A stretch of 27,117 nt of DNA, from IMG/VR virus record IMGVR_UViG_3300034106_001095, positions 1-27,117 of that record. One strand, given 5' to 3'. Both the position numbers and the translations under genes were made by a program. Source of the stretch: a virus. Its lineage: Duplodnaviria > Caudoviricetes. Of this stretch, positions 1 to 7,060 are shown in pieces. Position 1 is the first letter of the stretch, and every line of letters starts with the position of its first letter. The notes under the pieces are model-generated. The model was not told where the DNA came from. It saw only the letters and a list, made by a program, of their open reading frames with translations, and did no database searches.

Positions 1-1
1 G

Positions 2-298
2 AGCGGTAAGGCCGTGAATGCAGGATTCGGAAAGAACGGAGCAGCCACTTACGACATCCTGTTGTATAAAGGTGGCCCGAACTGTCATCACTTCTGGATG
101 CGTAAGACGTACCTCTCAAGAGCGAAGGGAGTGACACCCGACCCCAAGAACAAACGCTCCGAGGTGAGCGTCAACGACCTCCGCAAGTTGGGAGTGAAGT
201 TACCAGTCAATGATTCGTTAGTCGCCAAACCGCCTATCTCGCAGGACTATCGGGGCTACACTCCCGAATACGCAAAAAAGATAGGTATCCCCAAATAA
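2..298 (+). CDS. 5'-truncated CDS, probably the C-terminal extension of a portal/minor head protein
   Basis: Frame is open from position 2. The YKGGPNCHHFW motif resembles the Cys/His C-terminal motif of portal-fused/MuF-like head proteins in Bacteroidota phages. Lies directly upstream of the adaptor gene. Confidence 0.5.
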   Translation, partial: SGKAVNAGFGKNGAATYDILLYKGGPNCHHFWMRKTYLSRAKGVTPDPKNKRSEVSVNDLRKLGVKLPVNDSLVAKPPISQDYRGYTPEYAKKIGIPK

Positions 299-310
299 GG
301 TTATATAACT

Positions 311-808
311 ATGTATCCCCTATTCATTTCCCCCGATGACCTCGTAAAGCGCACCGCCATCAACGGCAATGTTGACCGTGACCAGATGGTGCAGTTCATC
401 AAGATAGCCCAAGACATTCACGTTCAAGCACTTCTTGGTACTGCCTTGTACAACGCCTTAAAGAACGATGTCTTAAACGATACGTTGACAGGAAACTACG
501 AAACGCTGATGACTGACTACGTTCAAGACGTACTGGTGCATTACGCAATGGTTGAGATACTTCCGTTCCTTGCCTACAAGGTGAGCAACGGTGGTGTGTT
601 CAGAAAGCAAAGCGAGAACTCGGAAGGCATCGATAAAAGTGAATTGGAATACTTGATTCAGAAGGAGCGAGATACGGCTGAACATTACGGAAGACGCTTG
701 GTATCGTACTTGACTTTCTACGGATCCCTCACGCCCGAATACTATGAAAACCAAAACGGACAAATGTACCCTACCGATGGTCAATCGTTCCACGGCTGGT
801 ACCTATAA
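311..808 (+). CDS. Head-tail adaptor/connector protein (DUF6712-like)
   Basis: LFISPDDLVKRTAINGNVD...FIKIAQDIHVQALLGTALY N-terminus typical of this family; position after the putative portal. Confidence 0.65.
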   Translation: MYPLFISPDDLVKRTAINGNVDRDQMVQFIKIAQDIHVQALLGTALYNALKNDVLNDTLTGNYETLMTDYVQDVLVHYAMVEILPFLAYKVSNGGVFRKQSENSEGIDKSELEYLIQKERDTAEHYGRRLVSYLTFYGSLTPEYYENQNGQMYPTDGQSFHGWYL

Positions 809-869
809 AGTGAAGCCAGAGAACGAAGTGAAGTTGATAAATTTCTTAAAAGAGCAAAATGGCAAATAG
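777..869 (+). CDS. Small hypothetical protein, 30 aa (MVNRSTAGTYKVKPENEVKLINFLKEQNGK)
   Basis: Read manually. Fills the 809-858 gap and overlaps both neighbours; below the ORF-track cutoff. Confidence 0.4.
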   Translation: MVNRSTAGTYKVKPENEVKLINFLKEQNGK

Positions 870-1071
870 CATCGGGTGGGGTAATATCTACTGCTCCTCT
901 AATTGGGGAGACGAGGATTACAATACGAGGGCAATAGGTGACGTACCTACTTGCTTTGGTAACGCATATATTTATGCGGATGCGTATGTTGCTCGTGTTG
1001 CCGCCGATAGCGGAACCACCGAAGGGTACGAGTGTTTGGTAAATGCAATTGACGCCTTAAATTTTAACTGA
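859..1071 (+). CDS. Small virion-associated protein (70 aa) with RVxADxGxxEGxxCL motif
   Basis: ORF coupled to the fibre gene by a TGATG overlap; motif is shared with the 18872-20161 protein. Confidence 0.7.
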   Translation: MANSIGWGNIYCSSNWGDEDYNTRAIGDVPTCFGNAYIYADAYVARVAADSGTTEGYECLVNAIDALNFN

Positions 1072-2867
1072 TGAGTTCATTTTACGACGATGCAAGTTTG
1101 GTGGTTATACCAAGCGGCTATAAGACAAGCAAGGTATATGCTGAAAAACCGACAGACGGCAGCGGTGATTTAGCGTTCACCCGCACAGGGGATACGGCAA
1201 CCCGTGTAAATTCTGCGGGGCTGATTGAGAAGGTGCGGACTAATATAAATACATATAGCGAGCAGTTAGATAATGCAGCTTGGACTAAACAATCCACAAC
1301 GGTAACCGCAAACGCTACCACAGCACCTAACAACACATTAACTGCTGATAAGTTAATTGCAACAGCCACCACGGCGTTTCACGGTATATTTAATGTCAAC
1401 GCAACTTTAAGTAGTCTTCACACATTTAGTTTTTATGCTAAAAAAGCAGAGTATAATTTTGTTACTGCTCTTGACCAATTTAGCGGAACATTTCTTGCCT
1501 CTTTTAATTTAGATACTGGAGTAGTATCAAGTGGAAGCGGAGCGAGTATTCAATCAGTAGGCAATGGTTGGTATCGTTGTGCGATTGCGTTTGATGGTGC
1601 AGCAAGTGCTGTTGTTGCTACTTTAGCCCCAAGCCCTTCAAGTGCTTCAGTTAACTATTTAGGCGATGGAACAAGCGGTATATTCGTTTGGGGAGTACAG
1701 CTTGAAACTGGCGACATCGCCACCGAGCCAATTTTGACTACTACGGCAGCGGTATCGGTAGGGCCCGTTGCTAACGTACCCCGTTTGGATTATCTCGGCT
1801 CAACCTGTGGAAAATTGTTGCTTGAGCCGCAGCGGACTAATTTGATGACGTTCTCGGAGCAAATAGATAATGCGGCTTGGCTTAAAACAAATGCGACCAT
1901 TAGTGCGAATGCTGCAACCTCGCCAGACGGCTACCAAAATGCTGATAAGTTAATTGATAACGCAACGCTGGCGGGGCATTTTATACAGCAAACAATTAGC
2001 ATTACTGGAGTTCATACTTTTAGTGTATTTGCAAAAGCCTCTGAATCTTCAGTAATTACGTTGCAAATCCAGCAAGTATCGGTTACATCAAACTTTGCTT
2101 TAATTTATTACGACCTTATTTCGGGTCAAGTTGAATCGGGGGAATTTAGCACTTCGCTTTCTGCTGGAACAATACAAGAAATGAGCAATGGCTGGTATAG
2201 GTGTACAATAACTTATACGCCAATAACTGCGGGAAACCACAACGTAAGGGTTTTCGTTGCCAAAAACATAGGCGGAAACAAAGTTGACTACGCTGGTAAT
2301 GGAACCGATGGGGTATTTTTATACGGCACCCAACTTGAAGCAGGAGCCTACGCCACCTCGTACATCCCCACACTTGGAGCATCCGCAACACGTGGGGCAG
2401 ACGCTTGCAGTAAGACGGGGATAAGCTCACTAATTGGGCAGACGGAGGGGACTTTGTTTGTGGATTTTACAATAAACGCATTAGCCAACTTTGGTACTCC
2501 AATAAGTGTAAACGATGGAAGCACTAGTAACTACATTTGGCTTACTATTTTCTCAAACGGAAATCTTCGTGCTGAACTAAATAATGGAACTGTACAAGCG
2601 GCTATTACTTATGGCGGTGCAGTCGTTGGCGGCCGCTACAAAATGGCGTTTGGTTACAAAACAAACGACTTTGCGCTGTATGTAAATGGCACGCAAGTCG
2701 GAACGGACAATAGTGGTACTACTTTTAGCGGTACAACTTTGAGCCGAGTGGATACAGACATCACAAATGCGTCCGTATATTCTACCGCTTCCGAGTCAAT
2801 AAACCAAGCCCTCCTATTCAAGACCCGCCTAACAAACGCCGAAATGGCTTCGTTGACCAGCTTGTAA
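1071..2867 (+). CDS. Fibre/spike protein with two tandem carbohydrate-binding-like beta modules and a C-terminal LamG/ConA-like domain
   Basis: Ser/Thr/Ala/Gly-rich. Two internal repeats (RTNxxxxSEQxDNAAW...NGWYRC...GxQLExG). LamG-like C-terminus (EGTLFV...FALYVNG...RLTNAE). Confidence 0.75.
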   Translation: MSSFYDDASLVVIPSGYKTSKVYAEKPTDGSGDLAFTRTGDTATRVNSAGLIEKVRTNINTYSEQLDNAAWTKQSTTVTANATTAPNNTLTADKLIATATTAFHGIFNVNATLSSLHTFSFYAKKAEYNFVTALDQFSGTFLASFNLDTGVVSSGSGASIQSVGNGWYRCAIAFDGAASAVVATLAPSPSSASVNYLGDGTSGIFVWGVQLETGDIATEPILTTTAAVSVGPVANVPRLDYLGSTCGKLLLEPQRTNLMTFSEQIDNAAWLKTNATISANAATSPDGYQNADKLIDNATLAGHFIQQTISITGVHTFSVFAKASESSVITLQIQQVSVTSNFALIYYDLISGQVESGEFSTSLSAGTIQEMSNGWYRCTITYTPITAGNHNVRVFVAKNIGGNKVDYAGNGTDGVFLYGTQLEAGAYATSYIPTLGASATRGADACSKTGISSLIGQTEGTLFVDFTINALANFGTPISVNDGSTSNYIWLTIFSNGNLRAELNNGTVQAAITYGGAVVGGRYKMAFGYKTNDFALYVNGTQVGTDNSGTTFSGTTLSRVDTDITNASVYSTASESINQALLFKTRLTNAEMASLTSL

Positions 2868-2868
2868 T

Positions 2869-3561
2869 ATGGCCGTAGTTTATATACATATGAAGCCCAA
2901 TACTCGGGATATCTTCTACGTTGGGATAGGTAACGACATTAAGCGTGCCTATCGAAACGAGGGGAGAAACGACCATTGGACTAAAGTGTATAACAAGTAC
3001 GGCAAGGTGGTTGACATCATTGCGCAAGACATAAGCCTTGATGCGGCAAAGGAGATGGAAAAACATCTTATTGCCTCACTAAATGATTCGCTCTGTAATA
3101 AAACTCTTGGCGGTGAAGGATTTTTTGGCGGTACGCATTCAGAAGAAACAAAACAAAAGCTTCGAAAGGCTAATACTGGTAAAAAACTTTCTGATGAAAC
3201 AAAGCAAAAGATTAGCGAGAAGTCCAAAGGGCACCCTAACTATTTAAAGTTTCATACCGAAGAAGCAAAGATGAAAATCTCTGCTGCATTTAAAGGAAAG
3301 AAGCGAAGCGAATACTTTTGCCAACGAGCTAAAGAAGCAAAGCAAGGATATCGCCCGCACCCATCTTCTTGGGAGAATGCTGCTAAACTTAAAAAAGAGA
3401 ATGCTTCTCTAATCAAGGAGCTTACTACTGGATTTGTTGGCAAGATTTGGGAGATTCAAGAACGATTCGACATTCAAAAACAAGCAGTATACTCAAACTA
3501 TAAACACGACAAGCCTATCACCAAGTTCAAATGGGCTGGTCTTAATTTTGTAAAACTATGA
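2869..3561 (+). mobile_element. Free-standing GIY-YIG-type homing endonuclease with NUMOD3 repeats
   Basis: VVYIH...FYVGIG...R...E...N catalytic pattern; HSEETKQKL / LSDETKQKIS / HTEEAKMKIS NUMOD3-like repeats; AT-richer than most of the window. Confidence 0.85.
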
Positions 3562-3938
3562 TATTCCGTAAATACGCATTTGCTGACTGGGCAACATCCA
3601 AAGCAGCAATCCAAGTAGAAGTAACAACACCCGAAGGAACGGAACTCGTCTGGAACCAAGACCTCGTTTCTTGCGTAGTGGAAATTGGCCACCTATGTAC
3701 GCAATGGGGAACCGATGCCGAGGGTATGCAAGTATGCGAAGCAACCGACCCACTCTACGCCGTTGACATCGTATGGCAGGATACGGCTCTTGCTGCGTAC
3801 GAATCAGCGTTGGTATGGCCTAACCCCTGCGGTGTAAACTCTTTTGGGTACACGTTAGATACCGAGTACGCCCAAGCGTTTTGCGTAGCGAATCCCGAAG
3901 CAGCATACTGTCAACCTCCAGCACCATTCGAGATATGA
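3558..3938 (+). CDS. Hypothetical protein, likely fibre-associated
   Basis: 126-aa ORF with ATGA overlaps at both ends; lies between the fibre gene and the lysis cassette. Confidence 0.6.
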   Translation: MIFRKYAFADWATSKAAIQVEVTTPEGTELVWNQDLVSCVVEIGHLCTQWGTDAEGMQVCEATDPLYAVDIVWQDTALAAYESALVWPNPCGVNSFGYTLDTEYAQAFCVANPEAAYCQPPAPFEI

Positions 3939-4096
3939 AAGCAGATAGCTCAAGTGCAGTAGCAACGTCTTGGAGTTTAGCCGTTGGAGGATTAACGATT
4001 GCCGAGGTGCATCAGATAGCGGGGTTGTTTGTAATGGCCACCTCTTTCGTGTACACGTTGTGGCGTTGGAACCGAGACATCAAGAATGATCGATAG
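3935..4096 (+). CDS. Small membrane protein (holin/antiholin candidate), 53 aa
   Basis: ATG at 3935 overlaps the upstream stop; hydrophobic segment IAGLFVMATSFVYTLW with a basic C-terminus; upstream of the endolysin. Confidence 0.55.
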   Translation: MKADSSSAVATSWSLAVGGLTIAEVHQIAGLFVMATSFVYTLWRWNRDIKNDR

Positions 4097-4259
4097 AATT
4101 TTCCGCAACCCAAAGACCACGACCATCGGACTTATTCTGATGGCTCTTGGAATGATATTGGTGTGGTTCGAGAAAGCAACACTCGCAGAATATAGTGCCT
4201 TCTTGATGGGCGGCTTCGCTTTGATGATGAGCAAGGACGGCGAGAAGAAGGTTAAGTAA
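4086..4259 (+). CDS. Putative holin, 57 aa, two transmembrane segments
   Basis: Manually read MIDRIFRNPKTTTIGLILMALGMILVWFEKATLAEYSAFLMGGFALMMSKDGEKKVK: two hydrophobic stretches and a charged tail, next to the endolysin. Confidence 0.65.
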   Translation: MIDRIFRNPKTTTIGLILMALGMILVWFEKATLAEYSAFLMGGFALMMSKDGEKKVK

Positions 4260-4324
4260 GGGCAATAAAGCGCACTATAAGACGCATAAACCCATCACGA
4301 GGCGCATTTTATGACCCATTATAT

Positions 4325-4744
4325 ATGACAAAGAACTTCACCCTCAAGGAACTGTGCGTCACCAAAACGGGGATACACAACGAACCGAATGCCGAGCAGA
4401 AGGAAGCGTTGCGTTTACTGGCGGTAAACATTTTGCAACCTGCTCGTGATGCTCTTGGGCCTATTAAAGTGACGTCTGGGTTCCGCAATGCAAAGGTCAA
4501 TGCAGCCATCAGCGGCAGCCGTTCCAGCCAGCATATGAAAGGTGAAGCGGCTGACCTGCAATGCGATGACAACGCTGCTCTGTTCAAGTTCATTAAGACG
4601 CTGGAGTTCGACCAATTGATTTGGGAGTTCGGAGATAAGGAGCAGCCCGACTGGGTTCACGTTTCTTTCTCCAAGAGAAATCGCAAGGAAGTCCTCCGTG
4701 CGAAGCGAGTTGGAGGCCAAACCAAATACACCCCGTTCAAATGA
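4325..4744 (+). CDS. Endolysin, peptidase M15 family (Zn-dependent)
   Basis: SGFR...SQHMKGEAAD...WVHVS zinc-ligand motifs of Peptidase_M15_3. Confidence 0.9.
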   Translation: MTKNFTLKELCVTKTGIHNEPNAEQKEALRLLAVNILQPARDALGPIKVTSGFRNAKVNAAISGSRSSQHMKGEAADLQCDDNAALFKFIKTLEFDQLIWEFGDKEQPDWVHVSFSKRNRKEVLRAKRVGGQTKYTPFK

Positions 4745-5124
4745 GATGGCTCCTCCTCCTTTTGCTGGCCTCTTGCTCTGCGGAGTGGCACTTGCAACAG
4801 GCAACAAGAAAGGGAGCAAGAGTCACCCAAGAGAAGTGGGACACGGTAATCGTAACCAAAGAGCGACGCTTGTTTGACACGCTTGTCCTCAAGGACATCG
4901 ACTCTGTTGTTGTCCAAAAGGACAACGTCCGAGTGAGTTTGATTCGCAAGTTTGACACGATCCGAGTGAAAGCGATTTGCCTGCCAGACACAATCCGAGT
5001 TACCAAGTGGGTCAAGACCACCATCAAACCGAATGAAAGACCTGTTCGGACTTGGGTATTCATTTCGATATGCTGCTTCCTGCTTGCAATGCTATTCGCA
5101 ATAGAAGGCGCAAGAAGGCGATAG
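4741..5124 (+). CDS. Lipoprotein with C-terminal TM helix, unimolecular spanin candidate
   Basis: Signal peptide with lipobox LASC (Cys12), beta-rich middle, C-terminal TM WVFISICCFLLAMLFAI; directly follows the endolysin. Confidence 0.65.
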   Translation: MRWLLLLLLASCSAEWHLQQATRKGARVTQEKWDTVIVTKERRLFDTLVLKDIDSVVVQKDNVRVSLIRKFDTIRVKAICLPDTIRVTKWVKTTIKPNERPVRTWVFISICCFLLAMLFAIEGARRR

Positions 5125-5211
5125 AGGGTATTTAGAAGCGATTTGCGGGACTTTCTTTCTCTCGGTGGGTGTTTTCCTTACTTGAGTATTAAAGTGCCTT
5201 AAAACGGCTCT

Positions 5212-5365
5212 AATTTTCTTTTATTAATTTTCTTTAAGTTAAGTTTATAGAAGTAATAGTTACTTACTTAAGTAGTTATATATAACTAACTAACTTACTT
5301 ATATACTACTTACTTTGGTAAAATAAACCAAAATTCGGACTACGCAACTTTTTTCTTATTTTTTT
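5212..5365. repeat. AT-rich intergenic region with 16-bp perfect palindrome and AAGT/ACTT short repeats; candidate replication origin
   Basis: TAGTTATATATAACTA at 5273-5288; TAAGT/TAGT units mostly to the left and AACT/ACTT units mostly to the right; part of the largest non-coding gap in the window. Confidence 0.5.
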
Positions 5366-5383
5366 TTGAGAGAGGTTTGCCGA

Positions 5384-5572
5384 ATGAAAAAAGACAAGCG
5401 CAGACGTGACTACTACCAACAAGTCGAAGAAGGCAAAGCCAAGAACGATTACACCAACGCATTCCTCAACCACTTCGGATTCTGCGACTACCCAAAGTCA
5501 GCAAGCGTCAGCGCAGACGAAAGAAAGTATCGAAAGACAGGAGGAATCAAGATGGCGGGCGATAATGTCTAA
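5384..5572 (+). CDS. Hypothetical protein
   Basis: ATG at 5384, 62 aa, basic N-terminus. Confidence 0.55.
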   Translation: MKKDKRRRDYYQQVEEGKAKNDYTNAFLNHFGFCDYPKSASVSADERKYRKTGGIKMAGDNV

Positions 5573-5577
5573 CGGCA

Positions 5578-5970
5578 ATGAAGGAACCCACTACGACCTC
5601 CACGGCAACTTCACAGAGTCATTCGTATGAATTGACCCTCGGAAAGGTTCCGTCCTTGAACAAATACTACTCGGGAGCGCATTGGGCTATCCGTAAAAAA
5701 GAGGGAGACCTTATCCGCAACCACCTTTTGATGCAGCTTGCACAGTTGCCGAAGGTGGTTCTCTCGTCTTACGAGATCCACCTCACCCACAACTACCGAT
5801 ACGACAACGACAACTGCATCACGGCAATCAAATTCGGGGCAGATGCTTTCCGTTATTGGGGAGGTTGTGTTGATGATACCTCCAAGTACTTCACCAAATT
5901 GACAATTCAAAAGGACTCTGAACTCCCTGTAAATACTGGGCTTTTGAAAATAATTGGAAAAAAAGTGTAG
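5578..5970 (+). CDS. RusA-like Holliday junction resolvase
   Basis: PSLNKYY...HW, DNDNC..KF..DA and DD motifs typical of RusA-family endonucleases. Confidence 0.7.
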   Translation: MKEPTTTSTATSQSHSYELTLGKVPSLNKYYSGAHWAIRKKEGDLIRNHLLMQLAQLPKVVLSSYEIHLTHNYRYDNDNCITAIKFGADAFRYWGGCVDDTSKYFTKLTIQKDSELPVNTGLLKIIGKKV

Positions 5971-5975
5971 ATATA

Positions 5976-6007
5976 TTTTTTTATTCCAACTTTCTTTTGT
6001 TACTTTG
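5976..6007 (+). promoter_or_regulatory. Bacteroidota sigma70-like promoter (-7 element TTACTTTG)
   Basis: One mismatch to TAnnTTTG; -33 is degenerate; surrounding sequence resembles 10068-10122. Confidence 0.5.
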
Positions 6008-6018
6008 CCTCATCATTA

Positions 6019-6028
6019 AAAACCAATC
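6019..6028 (+). promoter_or_regulatory. Leader motif AAAACCAATC copy 1
   Basis: 3 nt before ATG 6032. Confidence 0.8.
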
Positions 6029-6031
6029 TAA

Positions 6032-6247
6032 ATGAAAGCACACGTTCGAAAGCTGGTTGCGTTGAGCAAGATGTTCCCCAACCACTACGCCCTCATCTCT
6101 GACCGCACAAGGGTCACCGTCCAGATGGACTACGATCAAGATACGTTTGACCAACTCATCGACAACCCCAAGTGGACTGCCGACCTGTCAGACATTGACT
6201 TCACCCGTTTCACCCGTGGCAACTGCCAAGTAATCCTTGCAATGTGA
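6032..6247 (+). CDS. Hypothetical early protein
   Basis: 71-aa ORF after the promoter and leader motif. Confidence 0.75.
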   Translation: MKAHVRKLVALSKMFPNHYALISDRTRVTVQMDYDQDTFDQLIDNPKWTADLSDIDFTRFTRGNCQVILAM

Positions 6248-6405
6248 TGGAATACGGAACCCGCACCAACTGGTCGCAAGAGGCGGCACAACAAATGGTT
6301 GAGTACCTACAACACCGAGTTGAAGCAATGGCCGCAAAGATGGAGTTCTTGGAAGCCGAGAACGAGGTACTCAAGCAAACTCTCCTTCACGAATTAAGGC
6401 ACTAA
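6247..6405 (+). CDS. Hypothetical coiled-coil protein, 52 aa
   Basis: Manually read MEYGTRTNWSQEAAQQMVEYLQHRVEAMAAKMEFLEAENEVLKQTLLHELRH; TGATG coupling to the upstream gene. Confidence 0.75.
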   Translation: MEYGTRTNWSQEAAQQMVEYLQHRVEAMAAKMEFLEAENEVLKQTLLHELRH

Positions 6406-6429
6406 CACCCGCCTCCGAGAGGTGTTAAA

Positions 6430-6439
6430 AAAACCAATC
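6430..6439 (+). promoter_or_regulatory. Leader motif AAAACCAATC copy 2, preceded by hairpin TAACACC...GGTGTTA (6403-6427)
   Basis: 6 nt before ATG 6446. Confidence 0.8.
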
Positions 6440-6445
6440 TAAAAA

Positions 6446-6895
6446 ATGAAGATTGTATCTATCTCCCCCAACGGAACGTGGAACTCAAACGACGGCAACA
6501 CGTTCTACAAATTCCAGATTCAGTTCGACAACGGACAAAGCGGAACCCTGTTCTCAAAGAGCCAAGATGCACCGCATCAAGTAGGCGAGGACATCAACTG
6601 CACCATCAACGAACGAGGCACCATCAAGGTCGAGCGTTCTGGTGGTGGTAACTGGAACCGAGGCGGTGCAGCACCTCGTGCTAACGATGCCGAGCGCACC
6701 GCATCTATCGTCCGTCAAGTTGCACTAAAGGCAGCGGTAGAACTGTCAGCAGCTCACGCAGCAGCAGGCAAGTCAATTCCTACGGATAACATCCTTGATC
6801 TCGCAGAGCGGTTCAACGCTTGGCTGGAGAAAAAAGAAGTAAAGCACGAAGCGCATATGGCTATACGCCAAGCGGTAGAGGAGTCGCCTTTCTGA
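6446..6895 (+). CDS. Putative single-stranded DNA-binding protein
   Basis: OB-fold-like aromatic beta N-terminus, Gly-rich linker, acidic C-terminal tail ending EESPF; upstream of the helicase. Confidence 0.6.
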   Translation: MKIVSISPNGTWNSNDGNTFYKFQIQFDNGQSGTLFSKSQDAPHQVGEDINCTINERGTIKVERSGGGNWNRGGAAPRANDAERTASIVRQVALKAAVELSAAHAAAGKSIPTDNILDLAERFNAWLEKKEVKHEAHMAIRQAVEESPF

Positions 6896-6939
6896 TTGGT
6901 TTTGGTGGTGACTCTGGGGGGGTAGTGATGCACCCCCCA
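6894..6939 (+). ncRNA. Antisense-to-leader element GATTGGTTTTG plus G7/C6 hairpin
   Basis: Exact reverse complement of AAAACCAATC at 6894-6903; TGGGGGG (6915-6921) pairs with CCCCCCA (6933-6939). Confidence 0.5.
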
Positions 6940-6943
6940 ACTT

Positions 6944-7007
6944 GGTCGGGTGTTGCAGTACAACTGTTGCCTCATTTGCAATGCTGGTTCGAGTCCAGCC
7001 CCGACCG
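6944..7007 (+). tRNA. Minimal 64-nt tRNA-like element with CAT at the anticodon position (non-canonical)
   Basis: Acceptor GGTCGGG/CCCGACC; T-arm GCTGG-TTCGAGT-CCAGC; D-like arm GTTG-CAGTA-CAAC; anticodon arm GTTGC-CTCATTT-GCAAT; no variable loop; no encoded CCA. Confidence 0.7.
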
Positions 7008-7010
7008 CAA

Positions 7011-7045
7011 AAATTCCCGCATCTGGAATTTATTTTGTTTATTTG
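7011..7045 (+). terminator. Weak hairpin with T-rich tail, overlapping a possible promoter -7 element (TTTATTTG)
   Basis: AAATTCC/GGAATTT stem followed by ATTTTGTTTATTT. Confidence 0.3.
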
Positions 7046-7048
7046 CAC

Positions 7049-7058
7049 AAAACCAATC
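7049..7058 (+). promoter_or_regulatory. Leader motif AAAACCAATC copy 3
   Basis: 2 nt before helicase ATG 7061. Confidence 0.8.
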
Positions 7059-7060
7059 TT

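Noticed and set aside
1059-1073. A AAT TTT slippery heptamer that might fuse the 70-aa ORF to the fibre gene (-1 frame)
   Set aside because: The -1 frame hits TAA at 1065-1067 immediately, so no fusion is possible; the TGATG overlap explains the coupling.
1071-2867. Diversity-generating retroelement target/template pair
   Set aside because: No reverse transcriptase in the window; the repeats differ at all base types, not only adenines.
2869-3561. Group I intron around the endonuclease
   Set aside because: Flanking genes are complete and abut the ORF; there is no non-coding room for an intron core.
4237-4314. Basic 25-codon frame (ARRRLSKGNKAHYKTHKPITRRIL) between holin and endolysin
   Set aside because: Only an ACG is available as a start; cannot be supported without homologues.
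5235-5318. CRISPR array or regular tandem repeat
   Set aside because: Units are 4-5 nt and irregular, with no repeat-spacer periodicity.
6950-7060. N-terminal extension of the helicase given in the ORF track (TTG start at 6950)
   Set aside because: It overlaps the tRNA-like element, and ATG 7061 carries the shared leader motif.
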